A DNA stretch of 64,000 nt from Candidatus Latescibacterota bacterium (GTDB taxonomy: Bacteria; Latescibacterota; UBA2968; UBA8231): contig CBDETK010000013.1 in NCBI GenBank assembly GCA_965242865.1, forward strand, positions 3,712,001 through 3,776,000. Direction: 5' to 3'. The notes beneath the pieces were generated by a model. The model was given only the letters and a program-made list of their open reading frames with translations. It was not told where the DNA came from and ran no database searches. Both the position numbers and the translations under genes were made by a program. Each line of letters opens with the position of its first letter. Position 1 is the first letter of the stretch. Shown here piece by piece: positions 20,739 through 31,543 of the stretch.

Positions 20739-21553
20739 TAGTTGGTTGCTTCCTCGAGGACGCGCTCGACTTCTCGTTCCCAAGTCCCGGCGACTCGCAC
20801 GCCGTATTCGGCGGTGCCACCGGTGGCTTCCGGCCCCACCAAAATGGGCTGGCCGCGTCTTGCGCCGATGAGATTGGCGCGCTTGACGCAGGCGGTGTGC
20901 AGAAAGTGGAAGGCAAGTCCGGCGCGCTCGCGATCGGTGGTATTCGCCTTGGTCGCGTGGGCCGTGCCGTAGCAGAAGAAGGCGACGCCCCCGGCCTTTA
21001 GTTCAATGGGCACGGCGCGCTCTTCGGGCACTTGGCAGTGGATGTGGTGGTCGGAGTAGGGATCGCGGTCGTGCGGGTACTCCTCCTTAAAGGAGTCATG
21101 CACGACGTGGATGGTGCCATTTTCAATGGTTGCGTCGTGAACGGCAACCCACATGGCCGTGCCTTTTAGGGGATCGTCTATTTTGAAATACGCGTTGTCT
21201 TGGTGCCAGTCCGTGCCAATGCCGTGGCTGGCTGGCTTGAGAAACATCTGATCTAGGTGCAAGATGAAAGGGGTGCCGATGAGCTGTGAAACGGCAACGG
21301 TGATTTTCTCTTCAAAGGGCAGAGCGCGGATGAGATCGCTTTTGTCGTACAGGGGAATGAGTTGCAGGTTGACCTTGGTGGTGGAAGGGGTCTTGCTGTC
21401 GCCCTCGGTGGCGACGTTGCGGACTAGGCCCTCGCGTTTGAACCGCTCGACTTCGGCCTGCATGGCTCGCACTTCGCGGGGAGCAAAAAAGTCGGGAACC
21501 GCAGTGTAGCCGTGGTTTTTGAAGTGGGTTATTTGGGCGTGCGAGAGAGACAC
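20738..21553 (-). CDS. PhyH-family Fe(II)/2-oxoglutarate dioxygenase
   Basis: DQMFLKP, WHQDNAY, HATKANTT..R; GTG start after AAGGAG. Confidence 0.9.
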   Translation of the reverse strand: MSLSHAQITHFKNHGYTAVPDFFAPREVRAMQAEVERFKREGLVRNVATEGDSKTPSTTKVNLQLIPLYDKSDLIRALPFEEKITVAVSQLIGTPFILHLDQMFLKPASHGIGTDWHQDNAYFKIDDPLKGTAMWVAVHDATIENGTIHVVHDSFKEEYPHDRDPYSDHHIHCQVPEERAVPIELKAGGVAFFCYGTAHATKANTTDRERAGLAFHFLHTACVKRANLIGARRGQPILVGPEATGGTAEYGVRVAGTWEREVERVLEEATN

Positions 21554-21585
21554 GGGTGGCTCCTTATCTCGTACAGGGTGGCGGG

Positions 21586-22998
21586 CTAGATCGTGCCCTG
21601 AGATGCGCACGCCAGCTCGCACAAGAGCGCGGCCGAAGTGCGAATGCCGCAGTGAAAGTTGTGCATGGAAAAGCACTCGTTGGGGCCGTGCCAGTTGTCG
21701 GTGATTTGCCCTAGCCCGATGAGTAGGATCGGCGCTTCAGTTGCGGCGGCAATATCGACGACGATGGGGATGGAGCCGCCTTCGCGGGTAAACACCGGCT
21801 CGACCCCGAACCCCTTGCGCATAGCCTCGAGCGATGGCTCGACTAGCGGGTGGTCTAGGTCGAGGTAGTAAGCCGGTGAGCAATGCTGGTTTTTGAATTC
21901 GACGCGGGTGCCTGCGGGTAGCTGGGCGCGGATGTGCCCTTCGAGAGCCGCTTGGATGTGCTCGGGGTTTTGGTCGGGCACTAAGCGGCAAGACACGGCA
22001 GCGCGGGCTGCGGCCGGAATGACGGTGCGCGGGCTGCCGCCGCTGAGGAGGTTGATGTCGAGCGTGGGACGAGTCCAACGCCTTTCGAGGATGGAGTACT
22101 CTTGCTCTCCCACCAGCGCGGGGACCCCTAAGGTGCGGCAATAGTCATCTTCGTCGACCGCGAGGCTGGCGTAGAGGCTCTTTTCGCGGGCCGAGAGGGG
22201 CTGCACCCCCTCGTAGAAACCGGGCACAGCAATGCGCCCTTCGGCGTCAATGAGGCCGGCCAAAGCATTGACGAGCAGTTGGTTTGGGTTGTGAACAATG
22301 CCGCCGAAAAGGCCGGAATGCACGTCCTGCGCCGGCCCAAAAACCTCGACCTCGGTATAGGCAATGCCGCGCAACCCCAAAGTCAAGGAGGGCTGATTCG
22401 GCCCGTACATGCTGGTATCGGAAATCACCGTACAGAGCACCGGGGCAAACTCATTGAGCCCGCCCTCGGCCACAAACTGGCTCAATGCAGTGCTGCCGCA
22501 TTCCTCCTCCCCTTCGAGCAGGAAGACCAAGTCGAACGGAAGTTGGTTTCCATTGGCGAGGACGACTTCGGCCGCCTTCAGGTGTGCAAAGCTGGGCCCC
22601 TTATTGTCGCTGGCGCCCCGGGCGATGAGGAAGCCGTCGCGCTCCTCAGCGGCAAAAGGATCCACCGCCCAAGCCGAGCGCGGATTATCCACCCCCTGCA
22701 CATCGTAATGGCCATAGATCAAGACCGTGGGTCGGTCCGACGAGAACGCGGGGCTGCGGGCGAGGACTAGGGGATTGGTAGCGGCCCTCACTTGGCACTT
22801 CTCGACCTCAAACCCCATTTGGTCGAATTGGCCGACGAGGAAATCGGCCGCTTCGGCGAGGCCGTCGCCTGTGGTCGCATCAGCACCCGCACTGACGCTG
22901 GGGATGCGGATAAAGGACTTGAGTTGTTCGATATAGGACCGCTGCTGCTCGTCGATAATCAGCAGTGCTTTTTCCAAGGTTGTGCCTTCCTCTCGCAT
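21586..22998 (-). CDS. M20-family dipeptidase (ArgE/DapE-like)
   Basis: YGHYDVQ, ARGASDNKG, EGEEECGS, DVHSG, GGSIP, HGPNE. Confidence 0.92.
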   Translation of the reverse strand: MREEGTTLEKALLIIDEQQRSYIEQLKSFIRIPSVSAGADATTGDGLAEAADFLVGQFDQMGFEVEKCQVRAATNPLVLARSPAFSSDRPTVLIYGHYDVQGVDNPRSAWAVDPFAAEERDGFLIARGASDNKGPSFAHLKAAEVVLANGNQLPFDLVFLLEGEEECGSTALSQFVAEGGLNEFAPVLCTVISDTSMYGPNQPSLTLGLRGIAYTEVEVFGPAQDVHSGLFGGIVHNPNQLLVNALAGLIDAEGRIAVPGFYEGVQPLSAREKSLYASLAVDEDDYCRTLGVPALVGEQEYSILERRWTRPTLDINLLSGGSPRTVIPAAARAAVSCRLVPDQNPEHIQAALEGHIRAQLPAGTRVEFKNQHCSPAYYLDLDHPLVEPSLEAMRKGFGVEPVFTREGGSIPIVVDIAAATEAPILLIGLGQITDNWHGPNECFSMHNFHCGIRTSAALLCELACASQGTI

Positions 22999-23307
22999 CG
23001 CTCCTCTGTTCTTTGCTCGCTCTCCCCGCCCTTCAGCCTAGCCCGCTAGCCGCGCATCGAGGCTAGCGGTGGTGCTCTTGCTGAGGTTGGGTTTATTCAT
23101 TATGCTTGTTGCAACGCAAAAGTTGAGAATCAAGTCCAATTTGCCCGCCTTGCACACTTCCCGCAACTGTGCAATATAAGTTTTTGCATCGGGCTGTAAA
23201 GTTCCGTTCATCCCTTTGGACAGCCTTACAAATAGCTCGCAGGATGCGCGGTTGACTTTTCTCAGACCCCTATACCTACCGCCGTTTACAGGAAGGAATA
23301 CACTTAG

Positions 23308-24318
<1,011 letters not shown>

Positions 24319-24372
24319 TCCTTGACTTTAGGCGCGATGTGAATCATAGGCGGAGACAGAAAGGCGAAAGGC

Positions 24373-24858
24373 ATGTTTGAAGAAGTCTGGCGAGCGTACG
24401 AAGAAAACGAGTTAAGCCACAGTGCGGCGCACCACCTGATGGCGATCCACGAGTTGCGCCAGGCCCACGGCTACGCCCGCGTCTCGGATGTCGCCAAGCA
24501 CCTGAGCATCACCAAAGGCAGCGTCTCAACGGCCATGAAGCACCTCAAGGAACGCAGCTACGTACAAGAGGACCTCAATCGCTTCCTCGAACTTACCGAC
24601 CAGGGCCTGAAGGTGGTGCAGGAGGTTGAGCAAACGCGCTTAGTGGTGCAGCGGTTCCTCCGAGACGGCCTTGGCATGGATGAGGACGACGCGATGGTTG
24701 ACGCTTGCAAGGTTGAACACCTAATCAGCACGGAGACGAGGAAGCGGCTGGTCCGTTTTTTGCACGTATTGTTTTCGGAAGAACCGGCCGCGAACAAGTT
24801 TCTCCAGATGTTCCGCGAAGGGGCCCTAGAGTCCCCCAACGGCGAAGTGGAAGCGTGA
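24373..24858 (+). CDS. DtxR/MntR-family metal-dependent transcriptional regulator
   Basis: ARVSDVAKHL HTH, DACKVEHLIS metal-binding motif. Confidence 0.9.
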   Translation: MFEEVWRAYEENELSHSAAHHLMAIHELRQAHGYARVSDVAKHLSITKGSVSTAMKHLKERSYVQEDLNRFLELTDQGLKVVQEVEQTRLVVQRFLRDGLGMDEDDAMVDACKVEHLISTETRKRLVRFLHVLFSEEPAANKFLQMFREGALESPNGEVEA

Positions 24859-24905
24859 ACCCGCTGCGGTAGATCGGTTGCGAGCGAGTAAGGGCTAATT
24901 GAATC

Positions 24906-24932
24906 GGGTCGGACGCTGTCCGGCCCTTTTTT
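24906..24932 (+). terminator. Intrinsic terminator-like hairpin after the gap-mntR genes
   Basis: GGGTCGGAC-GCT-GTCCGGCCC followed by T6. Confidence 0.75.
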
Positions 24933-25901
24933 ATGACGAAAACTATGCTGGGCTTCCTACAGCGACAGTTCCTTCCCATTGGCTTGTTGGCCGTGGCCGC
25001 GGTCGGCTTTTTCTTCCCTCGTCCGGGCCTTTACATGGCCGAACTACCCACTCAGTACGTCGCGGTCAGTATCATCTTTCTTCTTTCGGGGCTGATGCTG
25101 AAGACCGACGAAGCCCACGCCGCCCTCGTCGCGTGGAAGGCGATGTCTTGGGGCTGCGTTTCGATCCTCTTCGCCACGCCCTTTCTAGGAGCCGCGATCG
25201 CCTTCCAGCTCCCAATGGAGCCCGCCTTCCAATTTGGTCTGGCCCTGTTCTGCTGCATGCCGACGACCCTGACTTCGGGTGTGGCACTGACGGCGCAGGC
25301 CCGAGGCAATGTAGCCCTAGCCCTGCTTTTGACGGTGCTGACCAATACCGCCGGCATCTTCACGGTCCCCTTCGTGTTGGCGCATCTGCTGAGTTCCCTC
25401 GGCCAAGTCGAGCTTTCGGCCGGCGACCTGTTCGCCAAACTTTGTCTTTCGATTTTGCTGCCCTTGGGCATTGGCAAGTACTTGCGGCGCTTCGCCGTTG
25501 ATTGGCTCGACGCCCAGCGTGCGCGGTTGAGTTTGGCCAGCAATGCGGCGCTGATCTCGATTCCGTGGATGAAATTCAGCGAGTCATCGGGCCAGCTAGC
25601 CGAGGTAGAGCCGGTGAGCTTGTTGATTTTGGTGGGGTCTGGCTTGGCAATCCACGCGCTCTATCTGCTGCTCAACGGCGGCGTTTGCGTCCTTTTACAA
25701 CTCGAAGCGGCGGCGCGCCGGGCCGTTGTACTAATGACGAGCCAGAAGACCCTGCCGGTGGCGATGACGGTGCTGGCATTTTTGCCCGATTCAGCGGTGT
25801 CGCCCGAACTGAAAGGGTTAATAGCAATCCCTTGTATTGTGTTTCACTTGGGGCAGATTTTCACCGACGCAGTTATCGCGACGCGGTGGGGGAATCGCTA
25901 A
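24933..25901 (+). CDS. Bile acid:sodium symporter family protein (SBF-like)
   Basis: IFLLSGL, CMPTTLTSGV, SQKTLPV. Confidence 0.88.
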   Translation: MTKTMLGFLQRQFLPIGLLAVAAVGFFFPRPGLYMAELPTQYVAVSIIFLLSGLMLKTDEAHAALVAWKAMSWGCVSILFATPFLGAAIAFQLPMEPAFQFGLALFCCMPTTLTSGVALTAQARGNVALALLLTVLTNTAGIFTVPFVLAHLLSSLGQVELSAGDLFAKLCLSILLPLGIGKYLRRFAVDWLDAQRARLSLASNAALISIPWMKFSESSGQLAEVEPVSLLILVGSGLAIHALYLLLNGGVCVLLQLEAAARRAVVLMTSQKTLPVAMTVLAFLPDSAVSPELKGLIAIPCIVFHLGQIFTDAVIATRWGNR

Positions 25902-26985
25902 AGTGCCCAACCCGACGCAAGGCCCCAACGCCGGATTCGGCGAGCGAGATGGGAAAGTGAATCGGGCGATTGCCCTCTAATTGCGACTGATAGATGGCCA
26001 TGACCATTTCCAACGAGCGGCGGCCCACGGCCCCGTCGCTGCGCAAAGTCCCGCGGCCTTCGAGGGCGTTGATCAGCTCGGACAGGGCTGCGACGTACGT
26101 GGAGACCGGGGCTGGCCGTTCGATTTCGATTTCTTCGAGGCTACTCCACTCAAAGCCGCTGTCCGGCTCGGAAAGCACGACCTCAGACTGAAAGAGGCGG
26201 ACCTGCTCAGGGTCCATGCGAATTAGGCCGGTCGTGCCGCGCAACTCAAAGGCATGGTCGCTGTACTGAGTCAACTCGGTGCCGCAGATCAGCCCAGTGG
26301 CCCCTCCTTTGAACTTGAGCATAGCGGCCGAAAAATCCTCGACCGCCCAAGGGCGCATGCGCTGCTCAGCCATGCCGCACAGCCACTCCACGTCACCGGC
26401 GTACAGCTCCATCAGGTCAAAATAGTGGGTGAAGTCGTGTAGTAAGGGGCCTTCGTTCTCGCTGCGCCACCAAGGTGCTGGCTTGCCCCCGTCCATGTAG
26501 CAGTAGATGTGATTGAGCGGGCCGATCTCTCCCGCGTCGAGGAGCGTCTTGGCGAGCACCCACTCGGGGTGCCAGCGGCGATTGTGGTTGACCTGCAAGA
26601 GGACGTCCTCTGCTTGGCAAGCCGCGATCATCCGGTCGCATCCCTCCAGCGAGAGGGCCATCGGCTTTTCGCAGATAATCGCTTGAGTCGCGGAGGCTTG
26701 GGCACAGTCGGTGACCATTTCGGCGTGGAGTTCGGGGTGGGTGGCGACGATGCAGATGTCGGGCTGGACCTCGGCGAGCATTTGTCGATAGTCGTGGTAG
26801 AGGGCCGCGACGCCAAAGCGCTCGCCGAAGGCGTCGAGTTTTTCGCGCCCCCGGTTGACGCCGGCGACCAACTCGCAGGAACGGTGCTGGGCGACGGCCG
26901 CGGCGTGGTTGTCGGGCAGGTCGGAGAAACTGAACTGATAGCCGACGCGCCCCGTGCCTATGATAGCAATGCGATACGTCTTCAT
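25873..26985 (-). CDS. Gfo/Idh/MocA-family oxidoreductase
   Basis: IAIIGTGRVG, CEKPMA, HDFTHYFD; start trimmed to MKTYR. Confidence 0.9.
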   Translation of the reverse strand: MKTYRIAIIGTGRVGYQFSFSDLPDNHAAAVAQHRSCELVAGVNRGREKLDAFGERFGVAALYHDYRQMLAEVQPDICIVATHPELHAEMVTDCAQASATQAIICEKPMALSLEGCDRMIAACQAEDVLLQVNHNRRWHPEWVLAKTLLDAGEIGPLNHIYCYMDGGKPAPWWRSENEGPLLHDFTHYFDLMELYAGDVEWLCGMAEQRMRPWAVEDFSAAMLKFKGGATGLICGTELTQYSDHAFELRGTTGLIRMDPEQVRLFQSEVVLSEPDSGFEWSSLEEIEIERPAPVSTYVAALSELINALEGRGTLRSDGAVGRRSLEMVMAIYQSQLEGNRPIHFPISLAESGVGALRRVGHFSDSPTASR

Positions 26986-26995
26986 GGGACCTCCC

Positions 26996-27496
26996 TTAAA
27001 AGAGATCGAGTTGCGGAGCAAGCGCGCCTTCGAGGGCGAGCAACGCCCTTTTGATCGGCAGCCCTCCGGCGTAGCCGACCAGTGCGCCGTTGCTGCCAAT
27101 CACGCGGTGACAAGGCACGACAATCGGCAGCGGGTTCCTGCCATTGGCTAGGCCAACGGCGCGGACCAAGTTTGGGTCGCCCATGCGGTGCGCTAGCTCC
27201 AAGTAAGAAATCGTCTCGCCGTAGGGAATTTTTGCGAGAGCAGCCCAGACTTTGCGCTGAAACGCCGTTCCTTGGGGCTGGAGCGGCAGGTCAAAGTCGC
27301 GCAGGTGCCCGGCGAAATAGGAATCGAGCTGTTCGGCGACCGGATAGGGCAAAGCCGCCACGGCCTGCCAATCCGGCGGCGGGGTAAAGTCGCGCCCATT
27401 GAACTGGATGTGCCGCAAGCCCGTACGGTCGCCCGCGAGGAGCAGCTCGCCGACGGAGCTGGGCACGGTGGTGTAGAGCAAGGGTTCAGTAGGCAT
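26996..27496 (-). CDS. ogt: Methylated-DNA-protein-cysteine S-methyltransferase
   Basis: GTAFQRKVW, IPYGETISY, RAVG.ANGRNP, PCHRVIG. Confidence 0.95.
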   Translation of the reverse strand: MPTEPLLYTTVPSSVGELLLAGDRTGLRHIQFNGRDFTPPPDWQAVAALPYPVAEQLDSYFAGHLRDFDLPLQPQGTAFQRKVWAALAKIPYGETISYLELAHRMGDPNLVRAVGLANGRNPLPIVVPCHRVIGSNGALVGYAGGLPIKRALLALEGALAPQLDLF

Positions 27497-27502
27497 AGAG
27501 AT

Positions 27503-28762
27503 CTAATGGGACGCACCCGGCTCTCCCAGTGTGCGAAAGTCCGTCCCGGTCGGCTCCTGAAAAACCCGCAGATCAAAGGCGGGCACAATGGCGAAGATGT
27601 GGTCGAAAATGTCGGCTTGAATCGCCTCGTAGTTGGCCCAGATCTTATCCTTGCAGAAGACATAGATCTCAATGGGTAGCCCCTTGGCGGTCGGCGCTAG
27701 CTGACGCACCAGAAAAGTCATGTCCGAGTTGATCTGCGGATGGTTTTGCAGATAGGCCCGCACGTAAGCGCGGAAGGTGCCGATGTTGGTCATGCGCCGG
27801 CCATTTACCAGATGTGACAAATCCACTTGGTTGAGCTCGTTGTATTCGGCCAGCTCTTTTTTCTTGCGCTCAATGTGGGCGGTGATGTACTGGATTTTGG
27901 CGAAGCGTCCGAGCATTTCCTCGTCGCAAAACTCGATGGTGCTGACATCGAGGTAAATCGCTCGCTTGATCCGCCGCCCGCCCGAGTCCTGCATCCCGCG
28001 CCAGTTTTTGAACGACTCGCTGATCAGCGCGTAGGTGGGGATGGTCGTGATGGTTTTATCCCAGTTTTGCACCTTGACCGTCGTCAGCGTGATGTCGAGC
28101 ACATCACCATCGGCCCCGTACTGGGGCATTTCAATCCAATCGCCGCAGGCGACCATGCGATTTACCGAGATCTGGATGCCAGCAATTAACCCGAGAATCG
28201 AGTCGCGGAAGACCAAGAGCAGGACTGCGGTCATCGCCGTCAGGCCGCTGAGCAAGTAGAGCGGCGAGTAACCAAAGAGGATCGAGACGACGAGGACGCC
28301 GCCGAGCAAGTAGAGGATGATTTTGAGGAACTGCACCAGCCCCTTGATGGAGACTTCGTGCGAGGCCCTCGTGCTGTGGTAGATGCGGGCCCCCGCGCTT
28401 ATTGACGCGCTGACGACGAGGATGCCGCTGAGCACCAGATAAATATGCGCCGCGGTCTGGACGATTTTGACGGAAATGGGGTGGCCTTCTAAGGCCAGCG
28501 GCCCCAAGTGGTAGAAGATGAAGCCGGGCACCAGATGGGCCAGCCGGTGCAAGACCCGACATTTGATTAGGACGTCGTCGTGGGGAATATCAGTCCGGTG
28601 AATGATGGCGGCGAGGCCGCGGAGTAAGGGGCCTCTGGCCAAACGGTGGGCGAGCAGGGCGACGAAGGCCACTAAAGCCAAGGCGACCAGTGCGGCGAGA
28701 TCTTCGCCGAGGTCCTGGCCGAGACCCCATTCGAGAAATTGGCGGCGCAATACGTTGAGCAT
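27503..28762 (-). CDS. MscS-family mechanosensitive channel (YbdG-like)
   Basis: GDWIEMP.YGADGDV, VKVQNWDKTITTIPTY, NWRGMQ.SGGRRIKR. Confidence 0.93.
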   Translation of the reverse strand: MLNVLRRQFLEWGLGQDLGEDLAALVALALVAFVALLAHRLARGPLLRGLAAIIHRTDIPHDDVLIKCRVLHRLAHLVPGFIFYHLGPLALEGHPISVKIVQTAAHIYLVLSGILVVSASISAGARIYHSTRASHEVSIKGLVQFLKIILYLLGGVLVVSILFGYSPLYLLSGLTAMTAVLLLVFRDSILGLIAGIQISVNRMVACGDWIEMPQYGADGDVLDITLTTVKVQNWDKTITTIPTYALISESFKNWRGMQDSGGRRIKRAIYLDVSTIEFCDEEMLGRFAKIQYITAHIERKKKELAEYNELNQVDLSHLVNGRRMTNIGTFRAYVRAYLQNHPQINSDMTFLVRQLAPTAKGLPIEIYVFCKDKIWANYEAIQADIFDHIFAIVPAFDLRVFQEPTGTDFRTLGEPGASH

Positions 28763-28816
28763 TGGTTGTTAACGTGAGTTCGGGTTAAGGGATACGAGAA
28801 GGTACTACGGCTAGCC

Positions 28817-28957
28817 TTACCAGAGCGTGTACCCGCCATCGGCGACCAAGTCATGACCGGTCGCGTAAACCGAGGCGTCCGACGCGAGGAAAACGACGGC
28901 CTCCTGATAGTCGGCAGGGGTGCCTAGATGGCCCATCGGGGTGTTAGCGAGCTGTCG
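28817..28957 (-). pseudogene. C-terminal remnant of a short-chain dehydrogenase (SDR)
   Basis: Translates as RQLANTPMGHLGTPADYQEAVVFLASDASVYATGHDLVADGGYTLW*; no N-terminal part present. Confidence 0.85.
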
Positions 28958-28958
28958 G

Positions 28959-29378
28959 TCAAGGTCGCTGGACGAGTTCGATGAGGAGCCCGTCGGGGTC
29001 TAGGGTGCAGACGACGCCCGGAGTGTCTGGGGCAGCCATCGGCTCAGACAGGAATTCCACGCCTTTTGCTTGTAGCGCGGCGCACTCCGCTTTCACGTCG
29101 GGGACGAAGAAGGTGAGCCAGCGTACCCCAGCGGCAAATTGGGAGGTTCGCTTGGGCGGCGGCGAGGCGATCTCCATCAGCTTGATCAGGGTCTCTCCCG
29201 CCTGCAGGCGCACCTGCCTAAAACCTTGCGGTGCCAGCCCAATCCCCGTCGCTAGGTCTTCGGGGATGTCGATGTCGAGTGCCACCTCGAATCCGAGTTT
29301 GTCGCGGTAGAACGTCAACGATTCCTCAAAGTTGCTGCACACGATGCACAGATCGACGACCGGGTGTGAGAGTTTCAT
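28959..29378 (-). CDS. VOC/glyoxalase-family protein
   Basis: FYRDKLGF, DPDGLLIELVQ; AGGAGG RBS. Confidence 0.88.
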   Translation of the reverse strand: MKLSHPVVDLCIVCSNFEESLTFYRDKLGFEVALDIDIPEDLATGIGLAPQGFRQVRLQAGETLIKLMEIASPPPKRTSQFAAGVRWLTFFVPDVKAECAALQAKGVEFLSEPMAAPDTPGVVCTLDPDGLLIELVQRP

Positions 29379-29469
29379 TTACCACCTCCTGAGTGGGGTT
29401 AAGTGAACGCAGAGTCGAGATAGGTGTGAACGCCGCGATAGCCGTTGGTGGAGCTGCGCCAACGGTCAA

Positions 29470-30234
29470 CTAAGCCACATCCACATCGAGGATATAACGC
29501 GCGGCCGGCGAGATGCGCTTCCAAGTCTCGTAGCGCAGGTACTCGCGCTGGTTGAGTTGCTGGCCATGCTCGCGGGCGGTGAAGTAGCAGTGCATGGCGC
29601 GGCGCGGCCGGTCCTTGCTCTGGTTGCGGGTGCCGCCGTGCCACGTGTGGCTATTGAAGATGGCGACCGTGCCGGCCGGGGCGACGAGCCACTCTTCGTC
29701 GGGGTGGGGTGCCTGCGCGTCTTCCAAGGCATTGCGCGGATGCAGTCCCTTGTGAGAGCCGGGCACTAGCCGAGTGCAGCCGTTTTCTTCGCTAAAGTCG
29801 TCCAACAGCCAGATCGAGTTGCAGACGTGAAACTGGCCGTCGTAGTCTGCTCCCCAGTCGGCGTGTAGCCCCTGTAACCCCTCGCCGGGCAGAGCGTCGC
29901 GGGCGTTGAGCGAGGATAGCTTAAAGGGGCGACCGATGACGTGGTAGATGGCGGCCAGTACCTTGGGATGGGTATAGACGCGGTCAAAGACCGATCCTTT
30001 GTTGCAGAGGTCGGAGAGGCGGCGAGTGCCCTGTTCCTGATGGACTTCAATACCGGCGTGGACCCCTTCTTTTTCGCACAGTTCCTCAAAGCGGTCGCGC
30101 AGGGCTGCGAGCCACTCGTCGTCGATGATACCCGGGAGTACGGTATAGCCCTTCTCGTCGAGGTCGTTTCTGTTCTGCGCGGTCAGCAGGTCTGCGCGAA
30201 CGCCCAAGGCATCTAATGCGCGTGCAATATCCAT
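29470..30234 (-). CDS. PhyH-family dioxygenase
   Basis: LHADW, WLLDDF..ENGCTRLVPGSH, WHGGTRN...RR. Confidence 0.92.
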   Translation of the reverse strand: MDIARALDALGVRADLLTAQNRNDLDEKGYTVLPGIIDDEWLAALRDRFEELCEKEGVHAGIEVHQEQGTRRLSDLCNKGSVFDRVYTHPKVLAAIYHVIGRPFKLSSLNARDALPGEGLQGLHADWGADYDGQFHVCNSIWLLDDFSEENGCTRLVPGSHKGLHPRNALEDAQAPHPDEEWLVAPAGTVAIFNSHTWHGGTRNQSKDRPRRAMHCYFTAREHGQQLNQREYLRYETWKRISPAARYILDVDVA

Positions 30235-31049
30235 TATTGGTTCGCTTCTGTTGCGACGAGTGCCTTGAGCGGTACGTCCTCGTCTTGGGGCAAGTAGTAG
30301 CTCAACGGATCGCCGACGACGCCAATGAGCTGCTTTTGGATTGGATTGCAGCGGGCGACCAGTTCGTCGGGCATGGCGATATAGTCCATGGGTTTGACCC
30401 AGCGATAACCATAGCCAAAGAACACTGTTTTGCGCGGGAACCCTGCCCAGTTGTGCCCAATTGAGTGATAGGTGCGCTGCTCAAATAGGAAGGCCGATCC
30501 CGCGCGGATATTCATCGCCTGTGCGCCATAAGGCAGGCCAGTCGCGGGGTCCGTGGCCGGTCGCCCGAGCAGGCGATTAGAGCCGGGCACGATCCAAGTG
30601 GCCCCCGAGCCTAGGGCGGTTTGGTCGCTGAGGGCATAGGCGATTTTTAGCAGAATCCGCGGGTGCGGCTCGCTCATCTCACGGGGCGAGGTTCCGCCAT
30701 CGCGGTGCCAGCCGAGCTTGTTTTTTTGGTCTTCAGCCGGCTCGTCGCCCGAAGGCAAGACGATCAGGTGCGAGGTCAGCATCTGGATGTTCCAGCCGAG
30801 AAGCTGCCACGCCAGCGGGACGGTGGTGGGCCAGTCGAGGAGCTGGAGGAAGGCGGGGTGCTCGACAAGGCAGTTGCGCATGTTGAGCTTGCCGGCGTCA
30901 GCGTCGCGTGCGTAGAGCGCGTCGGTGGCCGCGTTGAGCTCGGCGAGCGCGTCGGGAGACAGGGCGTCTTCGACGAGGAGATAGCCCTGCTGTTCAAAGA
31001 AGGCTTGGTCGTCGGGGGTGAGGACAGCTTGGGCGAAGGGCTGGATCAT
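30234..31049 (-). CDS. PhyH-family dioxygenase
   Basis: WHRDGG, VPGSN, YHSIGHN..R. Confidence 0.9.
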   Translation of the reverse strand: MIQPFAQAVLTPDDQAFFEQQGYLLVEDALSPDALAELNAATDALYARDADAGKLNMRNCLVEHPAFLQLLDWPTTVPLAWQLLGWNIQMLTSHLIVLPSGDEPAEDQKNKLGWHRDGGTSPREMSEPHPRILLKIAYALSDQTALGSGATWIVPGSNRLLGRPATDPATGLPYGAQAMNIRAGSAFLFEQRTYHSIGHNWAGFPRKTVFFGYGYRWVKPMDYIAMPDELVARCNPIQKQLIGVVGDPLSYYLPQDEDVPLKALVATEANQ

Positions 31050-31543
31050 GGTTTCCAATCTTCTCCAACAACCTGTTTGAGCACGGTTCGGACGAAATGG
31101 TCGTCGAAATATAGACCTGATTGCCGCAGGTCTCGGATAACTTTTCCGGCAGACGCTACGAGTCCTTGTCGCTTCGCACGTAGCACAATCCCCAATGTCC
31201 CGATGACAGGTACGCCTACGGACCGGGCACAGGCCCGAGCGGCAGCGTCATCTATGATAGCTATCCAGTTGGACTTTTCCAAAGCGACAGAAAGCACTTC
31301 GGTCTCTCCAGCACCCAAGCTCCAGCTCAAGACTTCGGGCCGGAGACTAGACTCAGGCAACCGTTGGCCCCATCCGCTTTCCAAGGCACGACGCCCAGGA
31401 TCATCCTCTGGTCCCGCCGTGATTTCTTTAACAACTGCCGGTGGAATACATGTCTCGGCATCCAGCCCTTCAAGCAGGTCCAGATGATCAACTTTGGCCA
31501 AGACGATGATCGGGGAGGCATTGAGCACCCAACCGTCACTCAC
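31046..31543 (-). CDS. DUF3368-family PIN-domain toxin
   Basis: VLNASPII, LGAGETEVL, IIDDAAAR, GTLGIV. Confidence 0.88.
   Translation of the reverse strand: MSDGWVLNASPIIVLAKVDHLDLLEGLDAETCIPPAVVKEITAGPEDDPGRRALESGWGQRLPESSLRPEVLSWSLGAGETEVLSVALEKSNWIAIIDDAAARACARSVGVPVIGTLGIVLRAKRQGLVASAGKVIRDLRQSGLYFDDHFVRTVLKQVVGEDWKP

Noticed and set aside
23042-23055. 14-bp match (CCCGCTAGCCGCGC) to the duplicated promoter spacer
   Set aside because: Short and GC-rich, so compatible with chance; flanks do not match.
29442-29466. Hairpin CCGTTGG...CCAACGG after PhyH
   Set aside because: No U-tract on the coding strand; function unsupported.
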